From NCBI GenBank assembly GCA_024346625.1, contig AP024666.1, forward strand, positions 620,001-684,000: a DNA stretch of 64,000 nucleotides. Direction: 5' to 3'. The DNA comes from Williopsis jadinii (taxonomy: Eukaryota). The position numbers and the translations under genes were made by a program. Below are positions 23,639 to 33,617 of the stretch, in pieces; the first letter of the stretch is position 1; every line of letters starts with the position of its first letter. Under the pieces are notes generated by a model. The model made no database searches, was not told the DNA's origin, and saw only the letters and a list, made by a program, of their open reading frames with translations.

Positions 23639-24943
23639 ACGAAACTAAGCGTTTAAACCTTCTAAACCACCGGCTAAATCTCTAGCAAATTACTGGCAGT
23701 TTCGTTTTGGCATTGAGTTTTGTCTTCTGTACGATGAAGCGTCACGGTATTTACCGATTCGCAGAGTGAATATTGAGCAAGCGTCGTGAAACACACCAGC
23801 AATCTACACTTACATGAAAATCTAGGTCCTTCAACATTGTCGACAAATGATTGCTCGAAAATATGCTCTTAGAAACCTCCTATTCCAAAGTGCGTTTAGT
23901 GTCAGTTTCATAATTAGCACTTTTTGTTAGTTGAATGAAGCTCTGATTTACTCTCCCCCGTTTTAACCTTTAAATCTCATAATACTGAGACATTAGACAG
24001 ATGTTCTCATGTCAATGACGGCAGAACCACCTATATGCTAAACACATTTCATAATTCCCAATTCTATAGGACGCTCCATCTAGACTCAAGACTCAAGGAC
24101 ATCCACTTTGTCTATTCATGCATACCGTTAAACAGTGATCTCCACTAGCCTACCAATGTCATCAAAGAGTAACGAATAAAAGTTGGTTTAAGCTGTGTGA
24201 ATTCGACAGGGTGACACTTTCAAGTTGCGTTCTGGCATTGAAGTAAGCAAAAAGTGACATGTGTTATATGAACTGAATAACTGAGTTTTCAGTCAAAATC
24301 TTCGTACAGGAACTCCAGTCAACAACGGACGCCGGTTATAAGCGACATTATGATTGCCAGTAGAAATATAGCGTGCTTTTTTAAGTCTTGAGGCAGCTAA
24401 CACTAAAAACCACTGATGCGCAAAAGGGTCTCGAGAACATGTCCCAATCGAGAAATTTGAAACGCGATGTGAGAGGGCGCTTCCACTTGACCATTCTAGA
24501 GAAGACGTCGGGAGGTAAACATCTACATCGAAAATGTCAGGCCATGAGAGCGATTATGTTGGCCTATTATCTGGAATGGCTCTTGCATTATCAATAACGA
24601 TGTGGGGAATCATGAGGGGGTCTTCATGATTGAATGTATCACTCTTTAGATAAGCTAAGTATCTATTATGTAGTGTCCTTGAGTCCCTATGATCTGAACT
24701 TGATGATGAGGTTCAATTCTGAACTATGATTAAATACTGTTCACTTTTCCCACCACACCGAAGTATTGAAAGTAAAGAAAAGAAGGCTTAAGGGTTTGAT
24801 TCCCCTACAGATCTTTACGTCTTCTTTCTCATCAGTATTGCACCACGATCGTAACTCTCTCAGAGCTGCCTGGTGTAGTGTAAAAAGGCCGCGAAAAATT
24901 TCATCGGACCTCTTTACATCTTTGCTAAGTTAACGAAAGAGCA

Positions 24944-25246
24944 ATGTCAGATCCGTGTAAAGCTGAGGCTTGTCAAATCCAAGGTGAGTATGCTATACAT
25001 TGGGTATGAGGAAGAGAATTGGCGACTAATCATTTTTCGATAGCATGTCTGAAAAGGTTCAATTATGATGAGTCCAAATGTACCAAAGTTATAGATCAAC
25101 TGTACGCATGTTGCACACAATTTTATACTAATCAAGGTGAGGATGCCCGTTCACCATGTTGTCCTATTCCTTCTTTACTCGAATTGAAGATTAAACAACG
25201 TGAACAGGAGAAAGTGGATGCAAAGCTTCTTCAACAAAAGAGATGA
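24944..25246 (+). CDS. CMC4: Twin CX9C mitochondrial intermembrane-space protein Cmc4, 1 intron
   Basis: Exon1 24944-24983, intron 24984-25043 (GTGAGT..GACTAAT..TAG), exon2 25044-25246; spliced MSDPCKAEACQIQACLKRFNYDESKCTKVIDQLYACC; syntenic with RPL36. Confidence 0.9.
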
Positions 25247-25820
25247 CCCATCTACCAGTTGAGTTTACAAATTCTTGTACATAGAGTCAATCTACAACCA
25301 AAGTTTCATTGGGATATAACCACGAGGGAGCTCATGGTTGTAACATCGTATACAGCCATATATACAAAGCTATATAGTTGAAAAGAAATATGTAGGTTTA
25401 GAACCGCGTAGTCAATCCACAACAAGAAAGACACGACAAAAAACAGTTGGACAAAACCGACCAACCCCAATTGGAGCTGACCTTGGTTCAATCTAAGGCT
25501 ACCGCGAGCACGAAAAATGCAAACATATAGCTTACATTTGCCCGTCCATAGAGGAGAAAGGCAATCGGACCGTGACTCTGGGTGCCTAGTTAAAAGACAT
25601 TGTAAAGAAGGAAAAAAAAGTGTTGGAAAGAAGTGCAAGAAAGACTTTCAGTTGAATTTTTTTCTTGTAGGCAGCGCCAGCCTCCACCAACGAGAATCCA
25701 TACACATCCAAACACCACTTATGTCTATTAGGGCTGTTTCCACAGCGGTATATCTACAATACTGGAGCTCTTTCTTGTATATGTATCACTTTAGTACATA
25801 ATGTAGAGAATCTATATATA

Positions 25821-26657
25821 TCACGGTTTCTTATTATCGTAGTCATGAACGTTTGGAACGTACCCCTTCATCGCTGAACTGGTTGTTAGTATGTGTACCC
25901 CTCAACAAATACCGTTGAATTCACTTACGAGACTCATCAACTACCCAAAGGGCAGTTCCAGAGACATTGCTTATCGCCGTTTCCATCTTTACATTCTTTT
26001 CAAATTCTGCCATTGCATTGTCAATCTCAACTTTTACCTTAGTTAGTACCGAACCCTATTCATAGTACACATGTACCGAAATATCGAGAGAGCAAACTCA
26101 CTTGGTTTGAGACCGGCATCCATCAATTGCTTTCTAAGCATGGCTATATGATAAACCATCTTCATCTCCCTCTTTTGAGTCTGTTTCCTCTCGTTTAAAA
26201 CTTGTAATTCTCTATTTTTTCTCTGCATGTTGACTTTATTCTGGGCAATTGCCATGCTCTTCATATGGGCCACAGACTGCTCCATTGACCGTTGCTCCAA
26301 TGTGGTACGAACTCTGTAGTTGTCCAAGGCAAAGTAAGTCAACGAAAGGATGGAAACAACAACACTCAAGTCACGGATCGTAGAAAGACGGGAACCCCCC
26401 ACAGGATCGTTGCTATCGCTGTGTTGTTGTTGTTGTTGTCCTTGATTCTGTTCTTGACTTCGTTGATGGTGATAGTTGGTACCAGATTGCTCCGCCGCTG
26501 AAGGGGAAGAGAATATATTCTGTGGTGAGGGTGCAAAGTCCTTACTATCGTTATAGCTTTGTAGGTGTTGGGCAAAATACGTTGGTGGCCTTGTGGTGTA
26601 ACCTCTGATGGCTGACCTAATACTCCCTGGTGTAATTCGTGAAGAAGGAAGATGCAT
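25821..26657 (-). CDS. Uncharacterised 236-aa protein, probable mitochondrial single-pass coiled-coil protein, 2 introns
   Basis: Exons 26657-26102, 26030-25929 and 25873-25821; introns GTGAGT..TACTAAC..AAG and GTAAGT..TACTAAC..CAG. R/S-rich presequence-like N-terminus, TM 'LSVVVSILSLTYFAL', coiled coil; ends ...DESPMKGYVPNVHDYDNKKP*. Confidence 0.75.
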
Positions 26658-27009
26658 AGCTGAAAAGAATATGAAGGAGTAGCCTATTCACACAACAATG
26701 GTTAGTAGCTCTAATGGTAGAGGTGAAGTACAATAAGGAGTTGGCGAGGTGAAGTTGTACTTAAACAGTTCAAAAGCCGGTTCCCTATAAATTCATGATC
26801 GACAGCGAAAAACTTAACGTGAGGGGGGTGGGGGTGGCTAATAAAGTGTATAAGGCTTAAGCCTTCAGCTACAAAAAGCACATGGGTGTCAACACTACAA
26901 TAACATCACTTCTAATCCATGAGAGCGATAAATTTACATTAAAAAGTCAACACATTACCCAAAAGAAACGATATAATCTCTTCAGTTAAAAATTTAGAAG
27001 AAAAGATGC

Positions 27010-27623
27010 TTAGTGACGACGGGATTGAGCAATGATGTTGTTGATCTCCTCAACTTTACCCTTGGCTCTGGAGAAAGTACCCAATCTCTTCTTGGCGACC
27101 TTTCTAGCTCTCTTCTCACCAGCGTTTCTGATCAACTCCATCAATCTTCTCTCGTATGGAGCCAAACCGGCAACCTCTCTGACGATAGAACGGACAAAGG
27201 TGGTTCTCTTGGAAGCAGCACCCTTTCTGTAAGAGATCTTTGGGACCTTCTCCAATTGTTCAACCTTTCTACCCTTGTTGAGACCAGTAGCGATACCTGT
27301 TCAAATATGTTAGTACATGGTCGATCGTTTACACCGCAGTTCGAGTATCCTGTTCATAGTGAGCTCATATCTTTTTCAAGTTGCCACATGGGTTGATATA
27401 CGTATAGGATAAAGTATAGAGACTATTCCTAGCACGTCCAACAGATTAAGGTGTCAGGTATGGCCCTCTGTCATACACAAGCCTAGTCCTCTAACAGTCC
27501 CTTCTCATCAATACACCACGATGTTGATTCCAGTATATTGTAAATCCTTCAACTATCAAATACGTCTAGCTCACGAACAATAGTCACTCTCACTTCTTCA
27601 TTTAACGTACCAGACTTAGCCAT
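27010..27623 (-). CDS. RPL36: 60S ribosomal protein eL36, 1 intron
   Basis: Exon1 27623-27611, intron 27610-27297 (GTACGT..TACTAAC..CAG), exon2 27296-27010; 99 aa [13 protein letters not shown]...[12 protein letters not shown]. Confidence 0.97.
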
Positions 27624-27816
27624 TTTTGATGTGTAGTTTGATATTACTGAGTTTGAAACGTTAACGGTTGTGTGTGAATTTGATTATATTTTTCACAAAC
27701 CAACAGAGTCCTCTTCCACATTGATGTGTGCACATACCAGAAAACTACATTGCATCCGCGACTAGAGTGAGGTTTTTTTCGCCGTGTGTTGTCCCGGTGA
27801 TTTATAGACTAATGAT

Positions 27817-27892
27817 AATGTACGGATGTTATGGAAATCCTCCTAGGGTTCGCAGTCACATCACGTGGTTTGATATCGTTGTGAAGCCCTAA
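27817..27892. promoter_or_regulatory. RPL36 upstream element cluster: Rap1 RPG box, Tbf1-like pair, Homol-D, Cbf1
   Basis: AACATCCGTACATT on the minus strand (27817-27830); CTAGGG 27843-27848; CAGTCACA 27853-27860; TCACGTG 27861-27867; GCCCTAA 27886-27892. Confidence 0.65.
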
Positions 27893-28089
27893 TTACTGGT
27901 TCGAGGGATTTCACTTCAATGTTGAACAATCAGTGGCATCGGGAAAGGCCCATGGACACCATTACTTGGGATATTCTGACCACTACAAAGACACCGTCTT
28001 GTTCTTTATCATATGCATCGTACTGTTATGAACATGTTTCTATATACACGAATACTTTGGAGTCCCGAGGTATCATTTCAACGGAATGA

Positions 28090-28866
28090 TTAGACCTGTG
28101 CAGGGGTGATGCTGGTGAAGTCATAGCCGTAGGAAGCAAGTTTTTGGCAGATCTCCTGTGCACTCAGTTCTCTAAACTCATCATGGAATTGCTTACCGTT
28201 GAGCTTTTCCCCAAGTGCTTGTCTTTCTCTCTTCTCAGCTACGTAAAGCTCGTTTAGCAGTTTTCTTCTACCAAGAGTAATATCCAATGGGCCATCAATA
28301 CCGTCAACTTTGACACCAGAGAAGTAGATAGTACCTTCAGAGCCGTCTTTCAGAGTACACTTTTGAGAATCAGCAGGTTTTGAGTTCTGTTCTAGTTTTT
28401 TGAGAACTTCAAAACGGAGTTTCCATCCAAATGGCCCTAGTTCTTTGACTCTGGCAGATTTCTCCTTGATTAAGTAGTTGTCAAGACCACCCGACTTATC
28501 AATTGTCTTGAGAACCTTAGCAGTTACTTGACAAGTGATTCCTCTGTTGAGTACCTCACTCCACAGCGTCTTCTTGTGGGCATTCGGTCTCCAAAATCTT
28601 CTACTCTTGTTTCCCATCTCTGAGATTTGGTTACCAGATTTGATAAAGGAACCACCAAACAGTCCACGATTGCTTCTGGCAAAGAAGCTGGATTCACCCC
28701 ATTTGTAGTCTGGTGTTAATTGTCTGTTTGGAATGTGCTTTGGCTTCTCGTCGCCAACATTGTACTCTTGTCTGCGTGCTACTCTACGACTCACAACATG
28801 AGCGTATGTTTTACCAACAGCAGATGTGGACGAGAACGATCTCGAAAAGCTTAAAGGACCAAGCAT
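28090..28866 (-). CDS. MRPL24: Mitochondrial ribosomal protein bL28m
   Basis: Likely ATG at 28866 (MLGPLSFSRSF); L28 motifs 'SNRGLFGG', 'SRRFWRPN', 'LKTIDKSGGLDNYL'; synteny. Confidence 0.92.
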   Translation of the reverse strand: MLGPLSFSRSFSSTSAVGKTYAHVVSRRVARRQEYNVGDEKPKHIPNRQLTPDYKWGESSFFARSNRGLFGGSFIKSGNQISEMGNKSRRFWRPNAHKKTLWSEVLNRGITCQVTAKVLKTIDKSGGLDNYLIKEKSARVKELGPFGWKLRFEVLKKLEQNSKPADSQKCTLKDGSEGTIYFSGVKVDGIDGPLDITLGRRKLLNELYVAEKRERQALGEKLNGKQFHDEFRELSAQEICQKLASYGYDFTSITPAQV

Positions 28867-29104
28867 CACGTAAACCAGGTATTGCTTATTGATAATGGAC
28901 TCAATCTCCTTCGCTCCTTCCAATGTCGTCGTTGATGTTTCAATTTTTGGACGTTCGAAAATTGGCGTCAAAACAGGTAGGGACCACATCACATTGAATC
29001 TCGACAATTTAGTCTCTACAATAGATGAATGATGTATACAGGAAGGAAATAGTATAGATAGGATATATATATAGATTTATGCCAGTGTAAGAACTAATAA
29101 GATG

Positions 29105-31558
29105 TTATCCGAAGAGTTTCTTACCCCAAAGACCCTGTTGCTTTGGTGGGGACGAAGCAGTTTTCTCTTCCGTTGGAGATGTAGCTGGTTGCTCCTCATG
29201 CTCCTTGAGTTTAGCCTTCAATTCCTCAACTTCTTGAAGAAGTGACTGGACTTGGTCTTCAAGTTCTTGGTTTTGACTCATAACTTCCAAGTTTCTCTCC
29301 ATTGTTCTTTTCAAATCAGCTTCAAGTGCCTCTGGGATTGGAACGTTCTCGCTGATAGGGTTCTCTTGTAAGCTCTTCACCATGTTCCGAAGGTTTTGAT
29401 TCTGCTCCTTCAGATCCTTAGCCTCATCCTCTAATTCAGCAATCTTTATTCTTCCTGTGATTAGTTCATTGGCAATTTGAACGTGTTCTCTGTTCAATAT
29501 CGTGTAACTAGCCTCAAGGTTTTTAATCTCTTTGCCTAATTGGGTGTTTCTGAGTTTAAGCTGGTCAACTTCTTCACGTCTCTCCTTCTCCTCACGGTTG
29601 ACTTCTTTCCATTCGTTTTCGTATCTTTTCAATGTCATTGGGAGAAGCTTAACTTTGGTTGCTTCGTCAACAAAAGCATCAACGTCATAGTTTTCGGGGG
29701 TAATTGGAACTGTTCTAGAAGGTGGCACCTTTGCTTCATCTTCTTCACTTTGCTCGGACACAGGCACAAGACTATAAACGTCAAAGAGATTACCCTTCAA
29801 GAAGTTGAGCAGATCATCAAAGTTAAGTGTCAGAAGCTTTTCTTCATTTTTCTGAACCAGAGCGACAGCAAACTTTAAAATAGATTCAACACCTTCAGTA
29901 ATGATCAGATCAAAGATTCTCATTACGAATTGCAATGGGAATTTGTAAGCAAAGAAGGTAAGGAACCACTGACTGGCGTACATAGACGATCTTATTCCCT
30001 GTCTCTGGAAATGGTTGTACAAGTTTGGTAACAAATCTTCAACGAGTCTGTCAAACTGGTACAATTTCAGCACCAATCCTGGCATTTCAGGTAAGTATAG
30101 CGATCTTGCGTTATAGTCATACATGATCTTATGGAGCAAACTGAAGGCTTGGAGCTCATCCATGTTAATAAGAAGAGGAACTGTAATGAATGCCATTCCT
30201 TGGGTATAACCAACCTCTTCATCCATATTTGAATAAGCCTTTATGACCCGGTACAACGCATCTTGGTCCAGTCCAACGTCTGAGATGAAGCTCGTTCTGC
30301 TGAGATCTTTTTGAATTGCCTTTTCAGATTTGGACTCCTGATCCTTCAATACATTGTACACATCTTCAAACTCTTGAGGATTTGAGTTAGAAACCAGCTG
30401 CCATACAATACCTCTGATCTGTTCAGGAATACCGCCTGATAGATGGTTGGATAGAGTCACAGCATCGGATTTAACCACCGATGGATAGTCGTTCACCACC
30501 CTTGTCCAGAATGGCCAATCAATCTTTAGTTCAGAATCATCTACAGATGTCTCATCTTCTAAACTGGTGAGTTTGTCGGCAAATGTTGATTTTAACGTCT
30601 CATGTGCAGAGTTGATCTGAGCTTTCAAGACATCATCCTTAGCGGAAAAGGCTTCATGATTCTTATCCAGTCTGCTTAACAACAGATCGTAATTTTCATC
30701 GTACTCAACAGTGGACTTTCTTGGGCCGGATGAACCACTTGAATCTCCCCTATGGAACCAAGAAGAAATTGTTGATCTATGGTGTTGTTTCTGCGTGTGG
30801 GTCAACTGGGGAGGAAGAGGAGGCGGTGTCAAAGAGGCTGCGGTTTTGAATATATCATGTCTTTCAGGTAATGGCGGAGCATGTTCCTCTTCAGAGACAG
30901 CAGCATTCACATCCCTAGGAGGAGGTGGTGGTGGTACTGGTCTTTCTGACTTGGCGGCATCAGTGTCCCTAGGAGGCGGCGGCGGTGCCACCGAGCCTGA
31001 GGTCTCCAAGTCTCTTGGTGGCAAGACAGGACCATCGGCTGAGGAGTTGCTCGTCACATTTTCACGACTTGGAAGGATTGGAGGGGAGATGATTGCAGCT
31101 GGTTGAAGTTTCGCTTCATCATTGTCTTTCCCCTCTTCAACAGCCAGCTCTTCAAGCTTCTCATCCAAGCTCTTAGCCGACGAGCCATTCAGCCCAGACT
31201 CTTCGGATCCATCTAATGGCACCTCATCAAAAGCTGGAACTTGGGATTCCTCCTGCTCACCGTCGTCTTCACCCTCGGCGCCTTCATCACCTCCGCCTTC
31301 GCGGTCATCTGCTTCCGAAGGCTCAGGGTCATTCGGAATCTCTTCTCCATCATCGTCGCCATCATCGTCGCCGTTGTGATCGTTATCACCGGTTGAACTC
31401 TCACCAGCAGCTCCACCCTCTTCGCTATCCAGCTTGGTCTTAGTATCCTCCACCTCTGTGTCTGATACGTCTCTCTGTTCGCTCCCGGAATGAATTTCAT
31501 CGACGGCATCTTGGAAGGAATCATCCACGGGATGATCGCTGTTATTTGAAGACATCAT
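29105..31558 (-). CDS. GYP5: Rab GTPase-activating protein (TBC domain) Gyp5
   Basis: TBC motifs 'GIPEQIRGIVWQ', 'IQKDLSRT', 'VGYTQGM'; acidic and PPPPR-rich N-terminus; C-terminal coiled coil. Confidence 0.9.
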   Translation of the reverse strand: MMSSNNSDHPVDDSFQDAVDEIHSGSEQRDVSDTEVEDTKTKLDSEEGGAAGESSTGDNDHNGDDDGDDDGEEIPNDPEPSEADDREGGGDEGAEGEDDGEQEESQVPAFDEVPLDGSEESGLNGSSAKSLDEKLEELAVEEGKDNDEAKLQPAAIISPPILPSRENVTSNSSADGPVLPPRDLETSGSVAPPPPPRDTDAAKSERPVPPPPPPRDVNAAVSEEEHAPPLPERHDIFKTAASLTPPPLPPQLTHTQKQHHRSTISSWFHRGDSSGSSGPRKSTVEYDENYDLLLSRLDKNHEAFSAKDDVLKAQINSAHETLKSTFADKLTSLEDETSVDDSELKIDWPFWTRVVNDYPSVVKSDAVTLSNHLSGGIPEQIRGIVWQLVSNSNPQEFEDVYNVLKDQESKSEKAIQKDLSRTSFISDVGLDQDALYRVIKAYSNMDEEVGYTQGMAFITVPLLINMDELQAFSLLHKIMYDYNARSLYLPEMPGLVLKLYQFDRLVEDLLPNLYNHFQRQGIRSSMYASQWFLTFFAYKFPLQFVMRIFDLIITEGVESILKFAVALVQKNEEKLLTLNFDDLLNFLKGNLFDVYSLVPVSEQSEEDEAKVPPSRTVPITPENYDVDAFVDEATKVKLLPMTLKRYENEWKEVNREEKERREEVDQLKLRNTQLGKEIKNLEASYTILNREHVQIANELITGRIKIAELEDEAKDLKEQNQNLRNMVKSLQENPISENVPIPEALEADLKRTMERNLEVMSQNQELEDQVQSLLQEVEELKAKLKEHEEQPATSPTEEKTASSPPKQQGLWGKKLFG

Positions 31559-31935
31559 CTGTGCTTAAAACGAATCAACACAGAACCTGAATTAAAACAC
31601 AAGGACTAAACTATCACTTCCACGAATGGTTAATGCCGTTGAATTGGCTCCAGTGTTTTCCAATAGTTGGCGGCGTTTCTTCTCCAAAACAAGTCTGACA
31701 CGTAGAGGGAGGAATTATTTTTCCCAGCCGGGGGGATGCACACGCACTCCAAGTGCAGTGGTGACCACACCCGTAATAGGTGGTGTTGAAACTTATACTG
31801 CCTGTTGTCCATCGGACCTTATCTAGGGGACTTTCAAATGTATCGTTGAAATATTCATAAATTCGTATTATATAGTAGTCAATAAGAACTGAACACCGCC
31901 CCTGGTGCCCATAGATCAATCCGTGAAGGCTCCCT

Positions 31936-33147
31936 CTACGCTGAAACCTGTGAGAATGTGAAGTCATCATCAGCAGCGATAATTACTGGACTTGAAGCCT
32001 CAGATGGGTCAATTGGAGTCAGGTATTGAGAATCTGAAGATGACAAGACAGGGAAGAACTCTGCGGAATCACACATGCTTGAGACTTCAGAGCCGCTTTC
32101 CGAAGAAACCAGGCCTGGAACACAGTCTTCAATCAAATCGGAGAGAGACGAAGAGGATAACTCAGAACCAGCTGTATTGGCCTCCATCGTTACATCCAAT
32201 TCATCCATGGTGAACACCAACCCATCATCAATGTTCAAATCAATAAGAAGTCTTTCGAGCTCTTCAGCCTCCAAGTTTGGGAAATGGATTCTTACACTGG
32301 AACCGATTCTCTCAATAGGTAACGAACCATAGTTTTCAAAGATTAACTTGATGTTATGGTTTGCTGTGTCGATTTGCTTCTTGATCAGTTGGAATTCCTC
32401 CTCTATTGAGCCCATGATCTCAGAGTTCATAAAAGCAACAGATGGAATTGACAATTCAACTTTGGGGAATTTGAATTCAACATATGCGCCCAGTTTGGCA
32501 ACGTGTGTTGATTCAGATCTAGCGAGTTGTAGAGTCTCACAAGCTGCACTTTGGGATGCACACCCATGGAATGATCTCACATGTGAACTTTCCCTGTTCA
32601 TGGAAATGGCCTTGTTCATCTTCGAAAGTTGCAACGCCGTTCTCTGATCGTCTATCAAGGTTTGAAACCCAATGAATAGGTTCAAGATGCCGTCCTGGCC
32701 ATACGAGCCACCATGGACAGTTGTGAAGCTCCTCGCGCTGAGGTTAACAAAGTTGTTGTACAGTGTCCCACGTAACGGCGCCTTTGCAAAGGCAAATCTT
32801 TGGAACGGGGTTCTCAGAGCAGAGTTATAGGTCGAGCTCGGCCACAATCTCAAGGTCAAGTTAGGCTTTGAACGTATAAACTTGAAGAAACCCCTATTTC
32901 TAAAAGCACCAAAGTTCGCGTTATTCGTTGCGTAGGCTTTAAACACACGTGACGTGCTAAACGACCTTGGGCCTCCTCTGTTAAACGGCGATCTGATGCC
33001 GTTATCCGCTCGAACAGGAACACGGACGAGTTGTGGCTTTGGCTGAAGATTCAAGCCATCCAGCAAGTCCTCCAAGGCACGACGAACGTCACGGACCGCG
33101 CCCCTCGTCACCTGTGCCAGGTTCTTCAGTCTATTTGCCACCATCAT
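31936..33147 (-). CDS. SPG5: Stationary-phase/proteasome assembly protein Spg5-like
   Basis: 'GAYVEFKFP' and 'IFENYGSLPI' motifs, Ser/acidic tail; position next to GYP5/GYL1 as in S. cerevisiae. Confidence 0.7.
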   Translation of the reverse strand: MMVANRLKNLAQVTRGAVRDVRRALEDLLDGLNLQPKPQLVRVPVRADNGIRSPFNRGGPRSFSTSRVFKAYATNNANFGAFRNRGFFKFIRSKPNLTLRLWPSSTYNSALRTPFQRFAFAKAPLRGTLYNNFVNLSARSFTTVHGGSYGQDGILNLFIGFQTLIDDQRTALQLSKMNKAISMNRESSHVRSFHGCASQSAACETLQLARSESTHVAKLGAYVEFKFPKVELSIPSVAFMNSEIMGSIEEEFQLIKKQIDTANHNIKLIFENYGSLPIERIGSSVRIHFPNLEAEELERLLIDLNIDDGLVFTMDELDVTMEANTAGSELSSSSLSDLIEDCVPGLVSSESGSEVSSMCDSAEFFPVLSSSDSQYLTPIDPSEASSPVIIAADDDFTFSQVSA

Positions 33148-33617
33148 TTGTTACTACCGCTTGCAATCGACAAACCAGACGCTATTCAAAAACTCAGAAC
33201 TCAGAGACAGGCCCCCTAAACACAATAGCGAGAATATGGATAGACAGGCAAAACCAAACAACCAGAAAAGAGTAAAAAACAGAGAAAGAAAGAGGTGTTG
33301 TTGGTTAAAGACGTGTGTAAGTTGCGTTATCTGTTGATTTCAAGGAGGTGTTGAAACTCAGCCGATCGCCTAATTTTATACCCAAATTGTGTTGTGTCAC
33401 AAAACAGTTGGGTGTGACACACAGTTTGTACGGGTTTTTTGCCGTGTTCCTTTTAGGGCGTCGGGGCAGTGTGTCACCCGGGATCCGTGTCCCTACCAGA
33501 TGTTGTACGGATGTTATGTTCCGAGATCGGTATTAGTTATATTATATCATCACATTCGTTATAGTGTGGGTTTTCTTTACTTATTTAGTTTTGTCGCCAG
33601 CAGGTGCAGTGTGCGAC

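Noticed and set aside
27297..27610. Intronic snoRNA in the RPL36 intron
   Set aside because: No convincing C/D or H/ACA box arrangement could be seen.
28867..29007. N-terminal extensions of MRPL24 (and similarly SEC9, SGS1 and the YPL071C-like gene) in the ORF track
   Set aside because: They arise from TTG/GTG starts or upstream in-frame sequence; homology and presequence begin at the downstream ATG.
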